Shown piece after piece: positions 1 to 16,169 of a stretch of DNA of 64,000 nt. Source of the stretch: the human T2T-CHM13v2.0 reference genome, Homo sapiens. The notes below the pieces were generated by a model, which worked only from the letters and a program-made list of their open reading frames with translations, was not told where the DNA came from and ran no database searches. Where the stretch lies: the NCBI RefSeq assembly GCF_009914755.1, contig NC_060933.1; one strand, 5' to 3'. The translations under genes and the position numbers were made by a program. How positions within the stretch are numbered: position 1 is the first letter of the stretch; the number at the start of each line of letters is the position of its first letter.

Positions 1-246
1 GCGACACAACAGTCAATTTTGTATTCTCAATATCATGGAAGGAGGCATGGCATTGAATAGCAGAAAGATTCCATAAAGGTAAGTTTAAAAGAATTTGACC
101 TTCAGTCAATCTCTATTTCAGGCATGAATGCAAAAAACTGCAGGCTATATGCACAACCTGCAACCGTACAGAGTGCTGCTTGAAAAACACTTCAAAAAGA
201 TGAAATCACAGACCAGAAAAAAAAGAATGGACAAATGACAGTATAG

Positions 247-2417
<2,171 letters not shown>

Positions 2418-3075
2418 CGTGCAGCTGACTAGTTTCAATCATTGGTAGATATTATACTGTAGGAATGAAGTTAGTGTCTGCAGCTGTACATATTCAGGCC
2501 ATTCTAAATATATAAGCTAGTTAGGAAGAAAATACTGTGGATTTTATCCATCAAGCCTGTTTTCTCCAGGCCAGTATAAAACAAATGGAAAGGAAAAAGA
2601 AACATAATGAAATGAACTCATTATTAAAACTGGATTACAGGATTAATTTTAATGTTTTCAGTTTCACTTATTTGACTCTTAGTGATGCTATGTGTCATAG
2701 GAAACCGTATGAACAGAAATATCCCAAGAAGTAAATTTGCTTAGAAAACAGAAAAGGGCTTATTAGTCTCTTTCAGTGCACTGCACAGCATTCAAGAAGA
2801 ATTTGGGTCATGTGGTCTTTAAATTACTAAAATGAGTAATGAATACTAGCGGAACCAAAGGCTGTTTCTATGTGAAGAAATGATCTATTTTGGGTTTATA
2901 TACATCAGTAAAATTTAACAACCAGCTTATGCTGTTAAACATGGTGGTTAGAGCTGGTGTTTCCCGAAGTTTACTATACAGATGGGTAAATAAAGTTACA
3001 AAAGCACACACAAGGAATGCAAAATTCACTGGAAAAACTAGGTATGTTAAGAATATTTTAAAAACTAAATTTTAG

Positions 3076-3375
3076 GCTGGGCATGGTGGCTCATGCCTGT
3101 AATCCTGGCACTTTGGGAGGCTGAGGTGGATGGATCACCGCAGACCAACCTGAACAACGTGGCAAAACTCTGTCTCTACAAAATACGAAGAAAAACAACA
3201 ACAACAAAAATTAGCTGGGTGTGGTGGTGCAGGCCTGCAGTCCCAGCTACTCCAGAGGCTGAGGTGGAAGAAGTGCTTGAGCTTGGAGAGGCAGAGGCTG
3301 CAGTGAGCTGTGATTGCTCCATTGCACTCCAGCCTGGGCAACAGAGTGACTCCCTGTCTAAAAAAAAGGCAAAAC
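3076..3375 (+). mobile_element. Alu (AluJ-type) with a small deletion in the left arm
   Basis: ggctgggcatggtggctcatgcctgtaatcc...gactccctgtct followed by an A tail. Confidence 0.88.
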
Positions 3376-4061
3376 AACGAAACACCACCCCCCTAAATTT
3401 TATAAAGCAAATCTAAAAGCAAAAATGAAAATTGCCTAACAATAGCAAAATGGGACAGTAGAACTGATAAAATGTGGTATATTCATGTAACAATATATAC
3501 ATTCTTTTGAAAAATTAGCAATATTTTTAACTGTACATATATGATCTATTTCACAGTAAAAATGAATAAAATTATGATATGCATAAAAATAACTCAAAAG
3601 CATTTCTCACATTAGCATGTATATATTTATGGAAATGGGCTCTTGAATAATCTCACCTGTAGAATTTAAACCCTAAAGGTGATACTATATTTATACTTTG
3701 ACAAATCATTTTCTGTAATCAACTTTATTTAGTATCACTTAAAAAAATGAATAGTACTTTCATTCTTATCCCTTTTAGTGCTTCCTAAATATTTTACCTT
3801 TGAAATGATAGGTCTTGGATATATTGGCTTATTTGTTTTTTGTTATAAAATGTGTCATCTATAGCAAATGTTTTAATACAATTTGAGGCACATATGCACA
3901 CCTCGGAATATGAGGAAAGAAAACAATCAGAAACTTTGCAGATTGACATTGTCTGTTTTCACAGTTGCTCTTGGAAAGTTTGCTCTGAAGGACTGTTAGA
4001 GTTTAGAAAATGAGTTTTATAATTTCCATGCTGACAGCCAATTTTAGGGATGAATTTTACC

Positions 4062-4373
4062 TTTTTTTTTTTTTTTGAGACGGCGTCTCACTCTGTCACC
4101 CAGGCTGGAGTGCAGTGGCGCAGTCTCAGCTCACTGTATAAGCTCTGCCTCCCAGGTTCATGCCATTCTCCTGCCTCAGCCTCCTGGGAAGCTGGGACTA
4201 CAGGCGCCCACCACCATGCCCAGCTAATTTTTTTTTTTTTTTTTTTTGTATTTTTAGTAGAGACGGGGTTTCACCGTGTTAGCCAGGATGGTCTCGATCT
4301 CCTGACCTTGTGATCCACCTGCCTAGGCCTCCCAAAGTGCTGGGATTACAGGCGTGAGCCACTGTGCCTGGCC
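4062..4373 (-). mobile_element. AluY-type
   Basis: Poly-T start and the diagnostics ccgtgttagccaggatggtctcgatctcc and tgccattctcc. Flanked by gaattttac direct repeats. Confidence 0.9.
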
Positions 4374-5165
4374 GAATTTTACTTTCATATTGTGCTGTCT
4401 CCAACATAATTTTAAAAGGATTCTGGAAAAAAAAAACAGTAAAATGCAAAACTATACTAATACTCTCAAGAAGCACCTCAAGCATTGATTAGCAAATGTA
4501 TCTTATTATTTACAGAGTTAAATGACATTTCTAATGACCAAGGACTTTCTGAGTAAACATCCCTGGGCAGAAGATTTATTGCACCCTTCTGTGACCTCCC
4601 CACTCTGACTGCCCTCTCTTAGGCTGCAGTGTCTCTTGGCTGTACTCAATCATTGACTGAGCTGGCAAATATTCTGTTTATTATTGTCTAGGAAAGGCTG
4701 ATGCGCTCCCTGACTTGGTAAAATGTTTCACTGCATCATTACTGGGCAATAAAAATAAGTTGAAATAACCGACTGAGTAAAACTATTAGTCACTTTGGGC
4801 AAAGCATGGCCTTTCTTCATGCGGCAGTGGGAAATCAATAAGATGCTCCAGAGGAGCCGAGGCTCTAGGGATACCTGTATGGTGCAATAAAACCAGCACA
4901 TAAAGCAGTGGAAAAGGTAGTGGCACTCATTTCACACTGTTACAATTCCGTTGGGCACAATGATGAAGGGAAGCTTCATAAAGGGTGGTCTATTTAAAAT
5001 CGGTTCCTGAGTGTGATCTTTTATTTAGGCCTATCTGGAAGACATGCATTTCAGTCCTTAATTTGTAGTCTTTTTTCAACAACCCCATGAAACAAAAGGG
5101 ATCCAGCATGGTGATACTGTTTCATGGTGATACAACCCCATGAAACAAAAGGGATCCAGCATGAT

Positions 5166-5408
5166 GATCCAGCATGGTGATACATAATGATACTGTGTTA
5201 TTTACCTGGAATTTGGTAAGAGAGCAGATTTTCAATGACTTCACTCCCCTCTGCCATCAACATGGTAACTATGTGTGATGTGATGGATGTGTTAATCAAC
5301 TTGACTGTGGTAATCAGAACACAGTGTATACCTATATCAAATCGTCACATAGTATACCTTAAATATATAGAATTTTTATTTGTCAAATAAATATTTTAAT
5401 TTTTTTGA
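5166..5408 (+). mobile_element. L1M (L1MA/MB) 3'-end fragment
   Basis: ggtaactatgtgtgatgtgatggatgtgttaatcaacttgactgtggtaatc...atttttatttgtcaaataaa is a typical L1M 3' UTR end. Candidate TSD aaaagggat. Confidence 0.75.
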
Positions 5409-5539
5409 AAAAGGGATTTATGGCAGTGTAGCAGCAGTGGGTGGTAAGGTCTGGGTCGGGTTCATCCCCAGGTGGGATGTGGGGTCAGGGAGGAACCCAG
5501 TAAACAGCCCTGGCCTTGCAGGTGTAACAGTCTAGGCCT

Positions 5540-5766
5540 CTGTCTTCCTGAGGCGTTGTTCCTGCATGTTGTCCCAGCGTCTTCCCTCTCTGTGTGTCTC
5601 TGCACCTCCATTTCCATTTTTCATAAGGACACTGGTCATATTGGATTGGAGCTCACCTTAATGACCTCATTTTAACTTGATTACCTCTGCAAAGATCTTA
5701 TCTCCAAACAAGGTCACATTCTGGAGTTCATATGAATTTGAGGGAAAACAATTCAATCCATAATAT
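5540..5766 (-). mobile_element. MaLR LTR fragment (MLT1B/C-like)
   Basis: ataaggacactggtcatattggatt...aatgacctcattttaacttgattacctctgcaaaga...aaggtcacattctg. Confidence 0.75.
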
Positions 5767-6145
5767 CATCTCTGAAATAAGGACAACTTTACTTATGCAT
5801 ATACAATTTGGGTTGTGGTTGCTGCGTATCTGTTTCAAATGGGTTATGGGCTCTTCTCACACTTTCAGGTCAAAGGGGACTTTGGAATCCATAGTGTATC
5901 TATGTATGCATATATGATCATGGATCAGCCTTCCCATTTCTGTCACTGTGTCCCTATATGGTTCATTATCATGTATGTTACTTCACTCGAAGGCCATACA
6001 CAATCCAAACAAAACAAAACACAGAAACTGTGTTGGCTATTTTGACTTTCTGTTGAAACTATTCTCTTTGGTCATATATATATTTAAAAAATATTTTATA
6101 TATATATATTTTTAAAAAATATTTTATATATATATATATATATAT

Positions 6146-6358
6146 TTTTTTTTCAAGTGATTATCCTGCCTCAGCCTCCCAAGTAGCTGGGATTACAGGC
6201 ACCTGCCATCATGCCCGGCTAAATATTTTTTGTGTGTGTATTTTTGTAGATACAGGGTTTCACCATTTTAGCCAGGCTCGTCTTCAACTCCTGATCTCAG
6301 GTGATCCGCCGGCCTCAGCCTCCCAGATTGCTGGGATTACAGGCGTGGGCCACCACCT
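6146..6358 (-). mobile_element. 3'-truncated Alu (AluS-type) flanked by (TA)n tracts
   Basis: Antisense Alu running from ttcaagtgattatcctgcctcagcc to caggcgtgggccacca. Confidence 0.85.
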
Positions 6359-6510
6359 AAGATATATATATATATATGTAATCTTTTTCAGTATATTCTC
6401 AGGGTGTGTTTGAGGAAACCTTTTTTTTTTTTTTTTTTTTTTTGGCCATTGTCCAAGGGTTTAGAACTGAATGGGAATGTCTGTAAATGGATCTGATGGA
6501 GGTTGGAATG

Positions 6511-7085
6511 TGTATCAGCTTTTAATCATCACTGTAACAAATTACTAAAACATTCTCTTTATTATCTCTCACTTTAGAAGTGTGGGAGGGCTGGACTGAT
6601 GACTCTGCTTATAGTCTTACAAGGACAAAATCAAGGTGCTCTTGGGCTCCTTATGAAGGCCCTAGGGCAGAATGTGTGTCCAAGCACATACAGGTTAGAG
6701 CAGAATTCAACTTCTTGTAGTTGTAGGAGTGAGGTCCCAATTCATCACTGGCTGGTAGTTGGGGCCTCTCAGCAATGTCAGGCTGCCTGCGTTGCTCTTC
6801 ATAGTGCCCAGTTTATTTTCTAAACCAGCAATGGTGCAGAGAGACATTCTCCTGCTTCTAGTTTCTCTGGCTTCCCCTCACCCACACCTCTCTTCTGTGT
6901 CTCTTCTGCCTCCAACCAGAGTTAAATCTCTTAAGTGCTCATGTGATTACATGGAGCCCACTGCATGAATCACGATCATCTCCTAAGGTCTGCAACCTTA
7001 ATTACATCTGCAAAATCCCTTATGTGATGTAACATATTCAGTTTCCAGGGCATCTTGGAGAGTCATTCTCATTCTTGCTGCCACA
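6511..7085 (-). mobile_element. MaLR LTR (MLT1D/E/F-like)
   Basis: ctgtaacaaattact...ctcatgtgattacat...ccttaattacatctgcaaaatccctt...ccaca. Confidence 0.7.
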
Positions 7086-7160
7086 AAATATTCCTCATTC
7101 CTTCATGAAATGTTGTTTGCTTTCATATATTTGTCTCTAGAGAAGCATCAGGTATTTTCT

Positions 7161-8366
7161 CAACATCCCTTCATGTTAAAAACCCTCAACAAATGAGGCA
7201 TTGGAGGAACATACTTCAACATAGTAAGAGCCACCTATGACAAACCCACAGCCAGCATCATACTGAATGGGCAAAAGATGTGAAGCATTCCCCTTGAAAA
7301 CTGGGACAAGACAGGGATACCGTCTCTCATTATTCCTACCCAACATAGTACTGGATGTCCTCGCCAGAGCAATCAGGCAAGAGAGAGAAACAAAAGGCAT
7401 CTAAACAGGAGAAAAAGAGGTCAAACTGTCTCTGTTTGCAGATGATATGATTCTGTACCTACAAAACCCCATCGTCTCTGCCCAAAAGCTTCTCGATCTG
7501 ATAATCTCAGCAAAGTTTCAGGATACAAAATTAATGTACAAAAATTAGTAGCATTCCTATATACCAACAACATGCAAGCTGAGAGCCAAATCAAGAATGC
7601 AATCCTATTCGCAATGACCACAAAAAGAATAAACTACCTAGAAATACAGCTAACCAGGGAGATGAATGATCTCTACAAGAAGAATTACAAAACACTGCTC
7701 AAAGAAATCACAGATGACATACAAATGGAAAAACATTCCATAATCATGGATAGGAATAATAAATATGGTTTTTAACCATATTGGGCCATACTGCCCAAAG
7801 CAATTTATAGATTCAATGCTATTCCTATCAAATCACCAATGGCATTCTTCAAAGAACCAGTAAAAACTATTTTAAAATTAATATAGAACCAAAAAAGAGC
7901 CTGAATAGCCAAGGGAATCCAAGGCAAAAAGAACAAATCTGGAGGCATTTCGTTAGCCAACTTCAACCTCTACTACAAGGCTATAGTAACCAAAATAGCA
8001 TAGTACTGGTACAAAAACAGATACACAGACCAATGGAACAGAATAGAGCGCCCAGAAATAATGCCACACACTTACAACCATTTGATCTTCAACAAAGTCG
8101 ACAAAAACATGCAGTAGGGAAAGGACTCCCTATTCAATAAATGGTGCTGGGATAACTGGCTAACCATAAGCAGTTCCTAGACCCCTTCCTTACACCATAT
8201 ACAAAAATCAACTCAAGATGGATTAAAGAATAAAATGTAAAACCTGTCAGGTGCAGTGGCTCACGCCTATAATCCCAACACTTTGGGAGGGTGAGGTGGG
8301 AGGATAGCTTGAACCTCGGAGTTTGAGACAAGCCTGGGCAAATAACGAGACCTCGTCTCTACAAAC

Positions 8367-8415
<49 letters not shown>

Positions 8416-9704
8416 TAGCTGAATGTGGTGGCACGTGCCTGTAGTCCAGGCTAATCAGGAGGCTGAGGCGGGGGAACCTCTTAAGCCTGGGAGGTTGAGG
8501 CTGTATCGTGTCATTGCACTCCAGCCTGGGCAACAGGTGAGACTGACTCTAAAGTCTCAAAAAAAAAAAAAAAAAAAAGTAAAGCCTATAACTACAAAAA
8601 TCCTGGAAGATAACCTAGGAAATATAGGAAATGCCATTTTGGACACAGGACATGGCAAAAATTTCATGACAAAGACACCGAAAGCAATTGCAACAAAAAC
8701 AAAAGTTGACAAATGGGACCTAATTAAACTAAAGGGTTTCTGCACAGCAAAAGAAACTATCCACAGAGTAAACAGACAACCTACTGGAAGAAAATATTCA
8801 CAAATTATGCATCTGACAAAGGTCTAATGTCTGGAATCTATAAGGAACTTAACAAGAAAGAAAAAAAAACCTACCCCATTAAAAAACGGGCAAAGGACGT
8901 GAACAGACACTTTTCAAAAGAAGACATACATGTGGCCAACAAGCATAAGAAAAACTCCTCAGCATCACTAGTCATGAGATAAATGCATATCAAAACCACA
9001 ATGAGATACCATCTCACACCAGTCAGAATTGCTATTATTTAAAAGGCGAAAAATAACAGGTGCTGGTAAAGCTGTGGAGAAAAGGGAGTGCTTATACACT
9101 GCTGGGGGAATTATACATTAGTTCAGCCATTGCAGCAAGCAGTTTCGTGATTTCTCAAAGAACTTAAAGCAGAGCTGCCACTCGACCCAGCAACCCCATT
9201 GAGTACACACCCAAAGGAATAATAATCTTTCTACCATAAAGACACACAGACGTGCATGTTCATTCACAATAGCAATGACATAGAATCAACCTAAATACCC
9301 ATCAACGGTAGCGTAAAGAAAATGTACATATATACCATGGAATACTATGTAGCCATAAAAAAAATGAGATAATGTCCTTTGTAGCAACATGGATGGAGCT
9401 GGAGGCCATTATCCAAAGTGAACTAACACAGGAACAGAAAACCAAATACCATGTATTCTGACTTATGAGTGGGAGCTTAGTATTGAGTACCCATGGACAC
9501 AAAGAAGGGAACAATAGACACCACAGCCTACTTGAGGGTGGAGGGTGGGAGGAGGGTGAAGATCGAAAAACTACCTACTAGGTACTATGCTCATTACCTG
9601 GGTGATGGAATAATCTGTACCCCAAGCCCCCATTACATGCAATTTACCTATATAACAAACCTGCACATGTATACCTCTGAACCTAAAATAAGTTTAAAAA
9701 AAAA
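7161..9704 (+). mobile_element. 5'-truncated L1 (about L1PA13-16/L1PB): ORF2 3' half plus 3' UTR, interrupted by an Alu
   Basis: RT motif region ctgtttgcagatgatatgatt (LFADDMI), ORF2 remnant [29 protein letters not shown], 3' UTR and poly-A. 22-bp TSD agagaagcatca(g/c)gtattttct at 7139-7160 and 9705-9726. Confidence 0.92.
8246..8578 (+). mobile_element. AluJ-type inserted in L1, with (AAT)n expansion of the middle A-rich linker
   Basis: Dimeric Alu with ~15 AAT units at about 8368-8413. Flanks aaaatgtaaaacct / aaaaagtaaagcct. Confidence 0.88.
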
Positions 9705-10262
9705 AGAGAAGCATCACGTATTTTCTGTAGGAAATGGGAATTATATATGAATATACATTGTCAAAGACTATAATGTTAGAGATTTTCTGTTGCTTATTTC
9801 ATTAGTTTCTTTCTGGACCTATTCCATCTGGGCTAGCAATTCTGAAAACAAAGTAGTGTGGATCAAACTCTGTCATCTGTTTCTGTCACACAGATTACAG
9901 CCCTCATCCTGAAGGAGGGACAGATTTCAGTCCCATCCTAATAAAAAAAAAATCTCTGTTCCGTTTACTGTTTTCTTCTACTTGGTTTGGAAAAATTTTG
10001 TTAGAGGCAATTGTCGATACCACATATGGCTGAGAGCAGGTATAGGAGGTATCCTGGTACTCATACTTGGAAACCCTTAATTTGGCATCATCCTCAGCAC
10101 ATGAAATTTCTCAGATCACTAACAATCTTGGACCGATGATGATTCCTTAAGCCAACTTCGCTCTTCTGAAAAGGCTGGCGGGCATGGCTGCATTTTTCTG
10201 AGGACTCCTATGTTATCATCCACTCAAGATACACCAAGGCATTAACTAATTTTAAAAATCTT

Positions 10263-10574
10263 GGCCTGGCACAGTGGCTCACGCCTGTAATCCCAGAACT
10301 TTGGGAGGCCGAGGCGGTCGAATCACAAGGTCAGGAGATCGAGACCATCCTGGCTAACATGGTGAAAACCCCGTCTCTACCAAAAATACAAAAAATTAGC
10401 CAGATGTGATGGTGGGTGCCTGTAGTCCCAGCTACTCAGGAGGCTGAGGCAGGAGAATGGCGTGAACCTGGCGGTGCAGAGCTTGCAGTGAGCCGAGATC
10501 GCGCCACTGCACTCCAGCCTGGGGGACACAGCGAGACTCCGCCTCAAAAAATAAAAATAAATAAATAAATAAAA
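10263..10574 (+). mobile_element. AluY-type
   Basis: Diagnostics gagatcgagaccatcctggctaaca, gaatggcgtgaacc and gagcttgcagtgagccgagatcgcgcc. Flanked by taaaaatctt repeats. Confidence 0.9.
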
Positions 10575-10649
10575 ATCTTAAGCTCTTCAGGTTTACTTTG
10601 TGTCTGCTTAGAGGAAAAAAGCATCCAACTACAGATATAAATGTATCCA

Positions 10650-11047
10650 TTAATAAAAGGTAAATGGAGGCACAAAAGTTTATTTGAGCTAACAGTGATT
10701 CATGAATCACTGTTGAAGCAGCTTCAAATGGGAACTGGTTCAGGGACCCTTTCAAGGGAACAAAAAGGGACAGCTTCTGTAAGGTAAATATAGTAGCAAA
10801 TTTTTCACTGGTTGTAGTTATACAATTGCCTTATTTGGTTGATCCTGCTGGAAAGTCTCTAGTTATATAAGTTAATTGGCTTCTGATTGGTTAGCCTTAA
10901 GTTTGACTTTTTTTATTTTTAAAGCCATTTACAAGAAATAGCTCAAGTTAAGTTTTGCTTATATTGGTAAATCAAGCAAAGTTAAGGCCACTTACAAGGC
11001 TTTGTCTGGTCAGAGATACCTCAGGCCATTTTAATTTTCTTTAACAA
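10650..11047 (-). mobile_element. ERV1-type solo LTR (MER31-like)
   Basis: tttatttgagc...gattcatgaatc...cttctgattggtt...ttttctttaaca terminus. Family assigned from memory. Confidence 0.5.
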
Positions 11048-11676
11048 TTTAAATACACCTGTGTGCCAGAGGACAGCTCAGTGAAGTCTTTGAATGTCTG
11101 TGGCTGTATATTTGGAAAAGTATATATTCTTTGCGAAATACCACAAATACTGATGAGGTAAAATGCAATGTATAGGACTGCATGTATATAACAAGTCTTC
11201 TATTACTAGATCTATATTTCTGTTTACATATAATTTTTATTACTAAGAAAGGCTGAATATATTTACCTTTCCAGTAAGAATTACAAGTAATTAAGTTACC
11301 TCAGTAACACTTCAGTGTTTAGGTACAGTGCAAGTGGCTCTCTGTATCTGTGTCCAGCATGGAATTTCGTACCTAGTTGAAAACTTTCTTACTTGAGAGT
11401 GAGTTTTCTTATCATATATGTGGTGATATGGGATGATAACAGAATGCTGTAATGTACAGGCATCCATGCCCCCATGTGATAAGTTTTCTCACATGATTGT
11501 TTCTCTTAACTGTGGTTTCCAGATATAAAAGCATAATCTTTGGATTCACAGGAGCATTCTAGAATACATAGCAGGGTTTTGCTGTTATTCCTAGTGGTTC
11601 TTTTAATTTAAAAAAATCCAAACTTCCTTTATAATCAAAAGATCCACTTGTTTCCATTTCTTTAGCTGTATGAGTT

Positions 11677-12022
11677 CTCATAGTCAGTTTGGGCTGCTAT
11701 TAACAGAACCCCATGAACAGAGTGGCTTATACAACAAACAGTTATTTCTCTCAGTCTGGATGCTGGAAAGTCTAAGTCTGAGTTTGAGGCAAAGCAGATG
11801 CAGTGTCTGCTTCACAGACCACAGTCTTCGCCTTATAACTTCACATGGCAGGAAAGGCAAGGGAGTTCTCTTGGGCCTCTTTTATAAGGGCACTAATTCC
11901 ATTCATTAGGGCTCCACCCTCCTGACTTAATTACCCTCCAAAGCCTCCTGACACCATGACTTTGGGGTCAGGATTTCAACATATGAATCTGGGGTGGGGA
12001 AGCAAACATTCAATACTTTGCA
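11677..12022 (-). mobile_element. MaLR LTR (MLT1A-type)
   Basis: tagtcagtttgggctgctattaaca...ttttataagggcactaattccattcat...ggatttcaacatatgaat. Confidence 0.8.
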
Positions 12023-12597
12023 CCAGTGTAACACCAATTATACTGGATTCATTTAATATGCTTGTCTCCTATTAATTAATATTTGTTTACATTGTCAATG
12101 TTTTGAAAGTACTTCATAATCAGTATGATATTTCCTATTATGCCTTCTCCATGTAAAAAATATTTATCCATCTATCTATAAACTGAGCTGTGTACTAATA
12201 ATGATTCAATAGTATAGATTTAGATGTGGACTTAAATATATAAGTAATATTTTATGTAAGCCAATGACTTCAGACAGTACGATTTGTTTTGTTTTTATGA
12301 GCTAACTGTTAGAAGTATAAATGGATTTATCTGTTGTAGAGATATGACTATGATATTGTTTGAAAGTTTCCACTTATTTACTACATGTAGCTCAAATATA
12401 TTTTTCTTTTAATGTTAAATGAAAATATGAAGTTATTTAAACAGCAAGTAAACTTTCTGCAGATACTTATTTTTGTATTGGGAAGAAAAATTGATTAAAT
12501 GTTTCATGTTTTTTACAAACTCAAAAGGTATTAATTTCATGGCTAGAGATAAATTATTTCTTAGTATCAACTTGGTTTAAATTTGACTAGAGACTCA

Positions 12598-12825
<228 letters not shown>

Positions 12826-13674
12826 TCAGAGACAACTCTAAATTATGAGCTCTGTAAACACTTGAAAACAATTTGATTCAGATCACTGAATAAGTCAGAG
12901 AAGAGTGGTATTTACATGTTCATGTATCACTGAAAAAAACATTAACCACCTATCTTTAATTTAAAAATTTCATTTATTATGAAAATAACACATGAATAAA
13001 AATATTACTCTTTCTGAAGAATCACTGTAACAAATTCTGGTAATTTGCTTAAAGTAACTAGAATTTAATTATCAAATATATACAGTAGAAGCCTTTACAA
13101 TGGGATAAAAACAACACAGTTTGGTTTAATCTTCAAATGCAAAACTTACTTGCTTTACTGAATCTAACAAAAACATTTTACAAGAATCAAGAAAGTGAGT
13201 TGATAAAAAATATGTCAAGAATGATTGTGAAAAGGTTTTTTTAGAAAAAGTTGACACAAAATTGCACATACTTATGGGGTGTGACAGGATTTGAAATGGA
13301 AGATCACTGGATGTCTGGCTTACTGCACCCATTAATTAAGGTAAACCCTGCTTTCACTGTCTGAGCTATTTTACAGCCCTGTAAACTGTAGAAAACTGAT
13401 AGTAATGCAAAATGACTTGCACCCATAGAAATACAAATGACTTGTGCCTAGCGAGGTGCAGTTGCTTACTGAACCATTTCATATCTGTCTGTAATTCATT
13501 TTGGCATTTCTTATCTGCCTGTATGTGTAGTACTTTGAATTATCCTCTGAACTGATTGTAACATCTTACTGGTTTCTTCATTGATTAGTTAAAATCTTTA
13601 ACATATATTCGTGTGTTTCTGAATTAAATTATTATTATAGATATAATTATACTGTCTTTTAAAAGTTATTATTC

Positions 13675-13990
<316 letters not shown>

Positions 13991-14731
13991 TTAATATTTG
14001 ATAAAAAATGCTTAGGAAAGAACTGGAGTTGTACTTTATATATGTACAATATTTTTATATATTTACACTCACATCCACATTATGATTCTTAGTAGTAATT
14101 ATGAAATTAATCTTGTCAAATAATTTGGTAACATAATGAATTGTCTTTGATGGTAAATTTAAATGTTAAGGTATTTAAAATCACTAGAGGTATTCCGTGC
14201 TTTCTTTTACCTGATAATATGTCAAAGATACATGCCAATAAATGGGCTAAAAATAAGATTAGCTTCATGAGGCCTATTAAATTAACTTTGCACTGAAGTT
14301 TAAAATTAGGCCAAGATTGAAACTATTTCAGAAGTTACATATATTATAATAAACTTTAGACTAACAGAAATTTTCCTATAAAGTTAACATTTTACTTGAT
14401 AGTCTTGGGAAACCTGTAAATTATTAAAATGACTCTATGCTTCATTTATTTTTCTTCCTAACATGCATTTATGTGAAGTTAGTATATTATTAGCATTTCA
14501 AATGTAGTACTTCTTAAAAATTAAACATTAACATTAATATTTTAGCTTTCCCTTTTAACCTTCAGTGATGTATGAAACAGAAACAGAAGTAGTAATAAAG
14601 TGTAAGGAAATAAATTATTCTTTAAAATCAACCAAGATTCTGGATGTCTTCAATGTAAAACTAGGCATTGTCTAAACACAATCTGGAGGATTATATGATT
14701 CTGCAGGTTTCTGTGCCTTTTACCTTCTTTG

Positions 14732-14733
<2 letters not shown>

Positions 14734-14765
<32 letters not shown>

Positions 14766-15047
14766 AGATGGAGTCTCGCTCTGTCACCCAGGCTGGAGTG
14801 CAGTGGTGCCATCTCGGTTCACTGCAAGCTCCGCCTTCTGGGTTCAAGCCATTCTCCTGCCTCAGCCTCCTGAGTAGCTAGGACTACAGGCACCCGCCAC
14901 CACGCCTGGCTAATTTTTTTGTATTTTTAGTAGAGATGGGGTTTCACCGTTGTTAGCCAGGATGGTCTCAATCTCCTGACCTCGTGATCTGTATGCCTTG
15001 GCCTCCCAAATTGCTGGGATTACAGGCGTGAGCCACCACACCTGGCC
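14734..15047 (-). mobile_element. AluY-type
   Basis: Long poly-T, actgcaagctccgcc diagnostic, and TSD ccttctttgaatt on both sides. Confidence 0.9.
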
Positions 15048-16169
15048 CCTTCTTTGAATTCTTTACCACCCTGTGAATTGTAGAAAATTGAAAGCAGGCA
15101 AATGATTATTGTCCATAGACATGCAAATGAATTTTGTCTGGCAGAAATACAACTGAACTTCTTCCTGGTTCCTCTACCCCATCCCATGGAATAAGCCAGT
15201 TTTACATTATACACAAAATCATTGCAGCAGTAACATCTTACTGATTCCCTCATAAACTAATGAGTTAAACAAAATCTTTGACATGTTCTTTTTATAACTG
15301 CAAAAAGTGCCCTCTTTAAGAATATCTTTTGACAAATAAAAGCAGATCTTTGTATAACTGTTTTCATGTCTATCATCCACATTTGTTTTCTTTTTGTTTT
15401 CTATTAGGTTGTATTTGGCCTTTGGCCATAGTTTATGCACAAGAAAATCAGATACAGTAGAATCTGTAAATATTTCAATGAGAAGTTACTAAATTAATTG
15501 CCCACAACATAGATGTTATTTTAAACACATTTGATATGAAGATGATCTCTTGTTAACAACTACAACATTTTAACTGCAGAGGCAAAATATCATACTCACA
15601 AAGCCATGAGCTAAAGCAAAATCCTGATGAGATTTAAGAACTTTAATTATATTTAATTCTAGTTATTGTGCAACCCAGAACTGGATGAAGTGCTTGTTCA
15701 GCACTTCATTGAATCCAGAATATATGCAACTCATCAGCAGTAAAACTGAACCAACTACTGTAGGAAAAAAATTGAGGGCAGTCTTTGAAATGGGCAAAGG
15801 AGATTACTGGGTATCTTTTCAATGGAAAGATCAGCTGATATTACGGGATTGTAAACCATCATCTTGGACTAGTTACTTTACAGCTGTGTAGTGACAGAAG
15901 TTAACTTGCAGAACATTGATAATAATGCAAATAATGCTTGTCCATAGAGATGCAAAGTGTGTACAGAGAAGGGATTTGCCTTTCCCTTTGGATATTGAAA
16001 AGTTTAGCTAGTCGGCATCTCTTTTCTGGCTATAAATGTGTGGTACTTCTTTAAACAGGCCTTACTGGTGTAAGGGTAAACACAAACCAAAACAAACAAA
16101 AGCTTTCTTAGTGCTAAAAGGGATACACACTTTCATTCACTTTTTTTCCTTAGAGCATTTCTTTCAGAA

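Noticed and set aside
5079-5183. 32-bp direct repeats with a spacer, superficially CRISPR-like
   Set aside because: Only two full copies, the spacer derives from the repeat itself, the context is eukaryotic and there are no cas genes.
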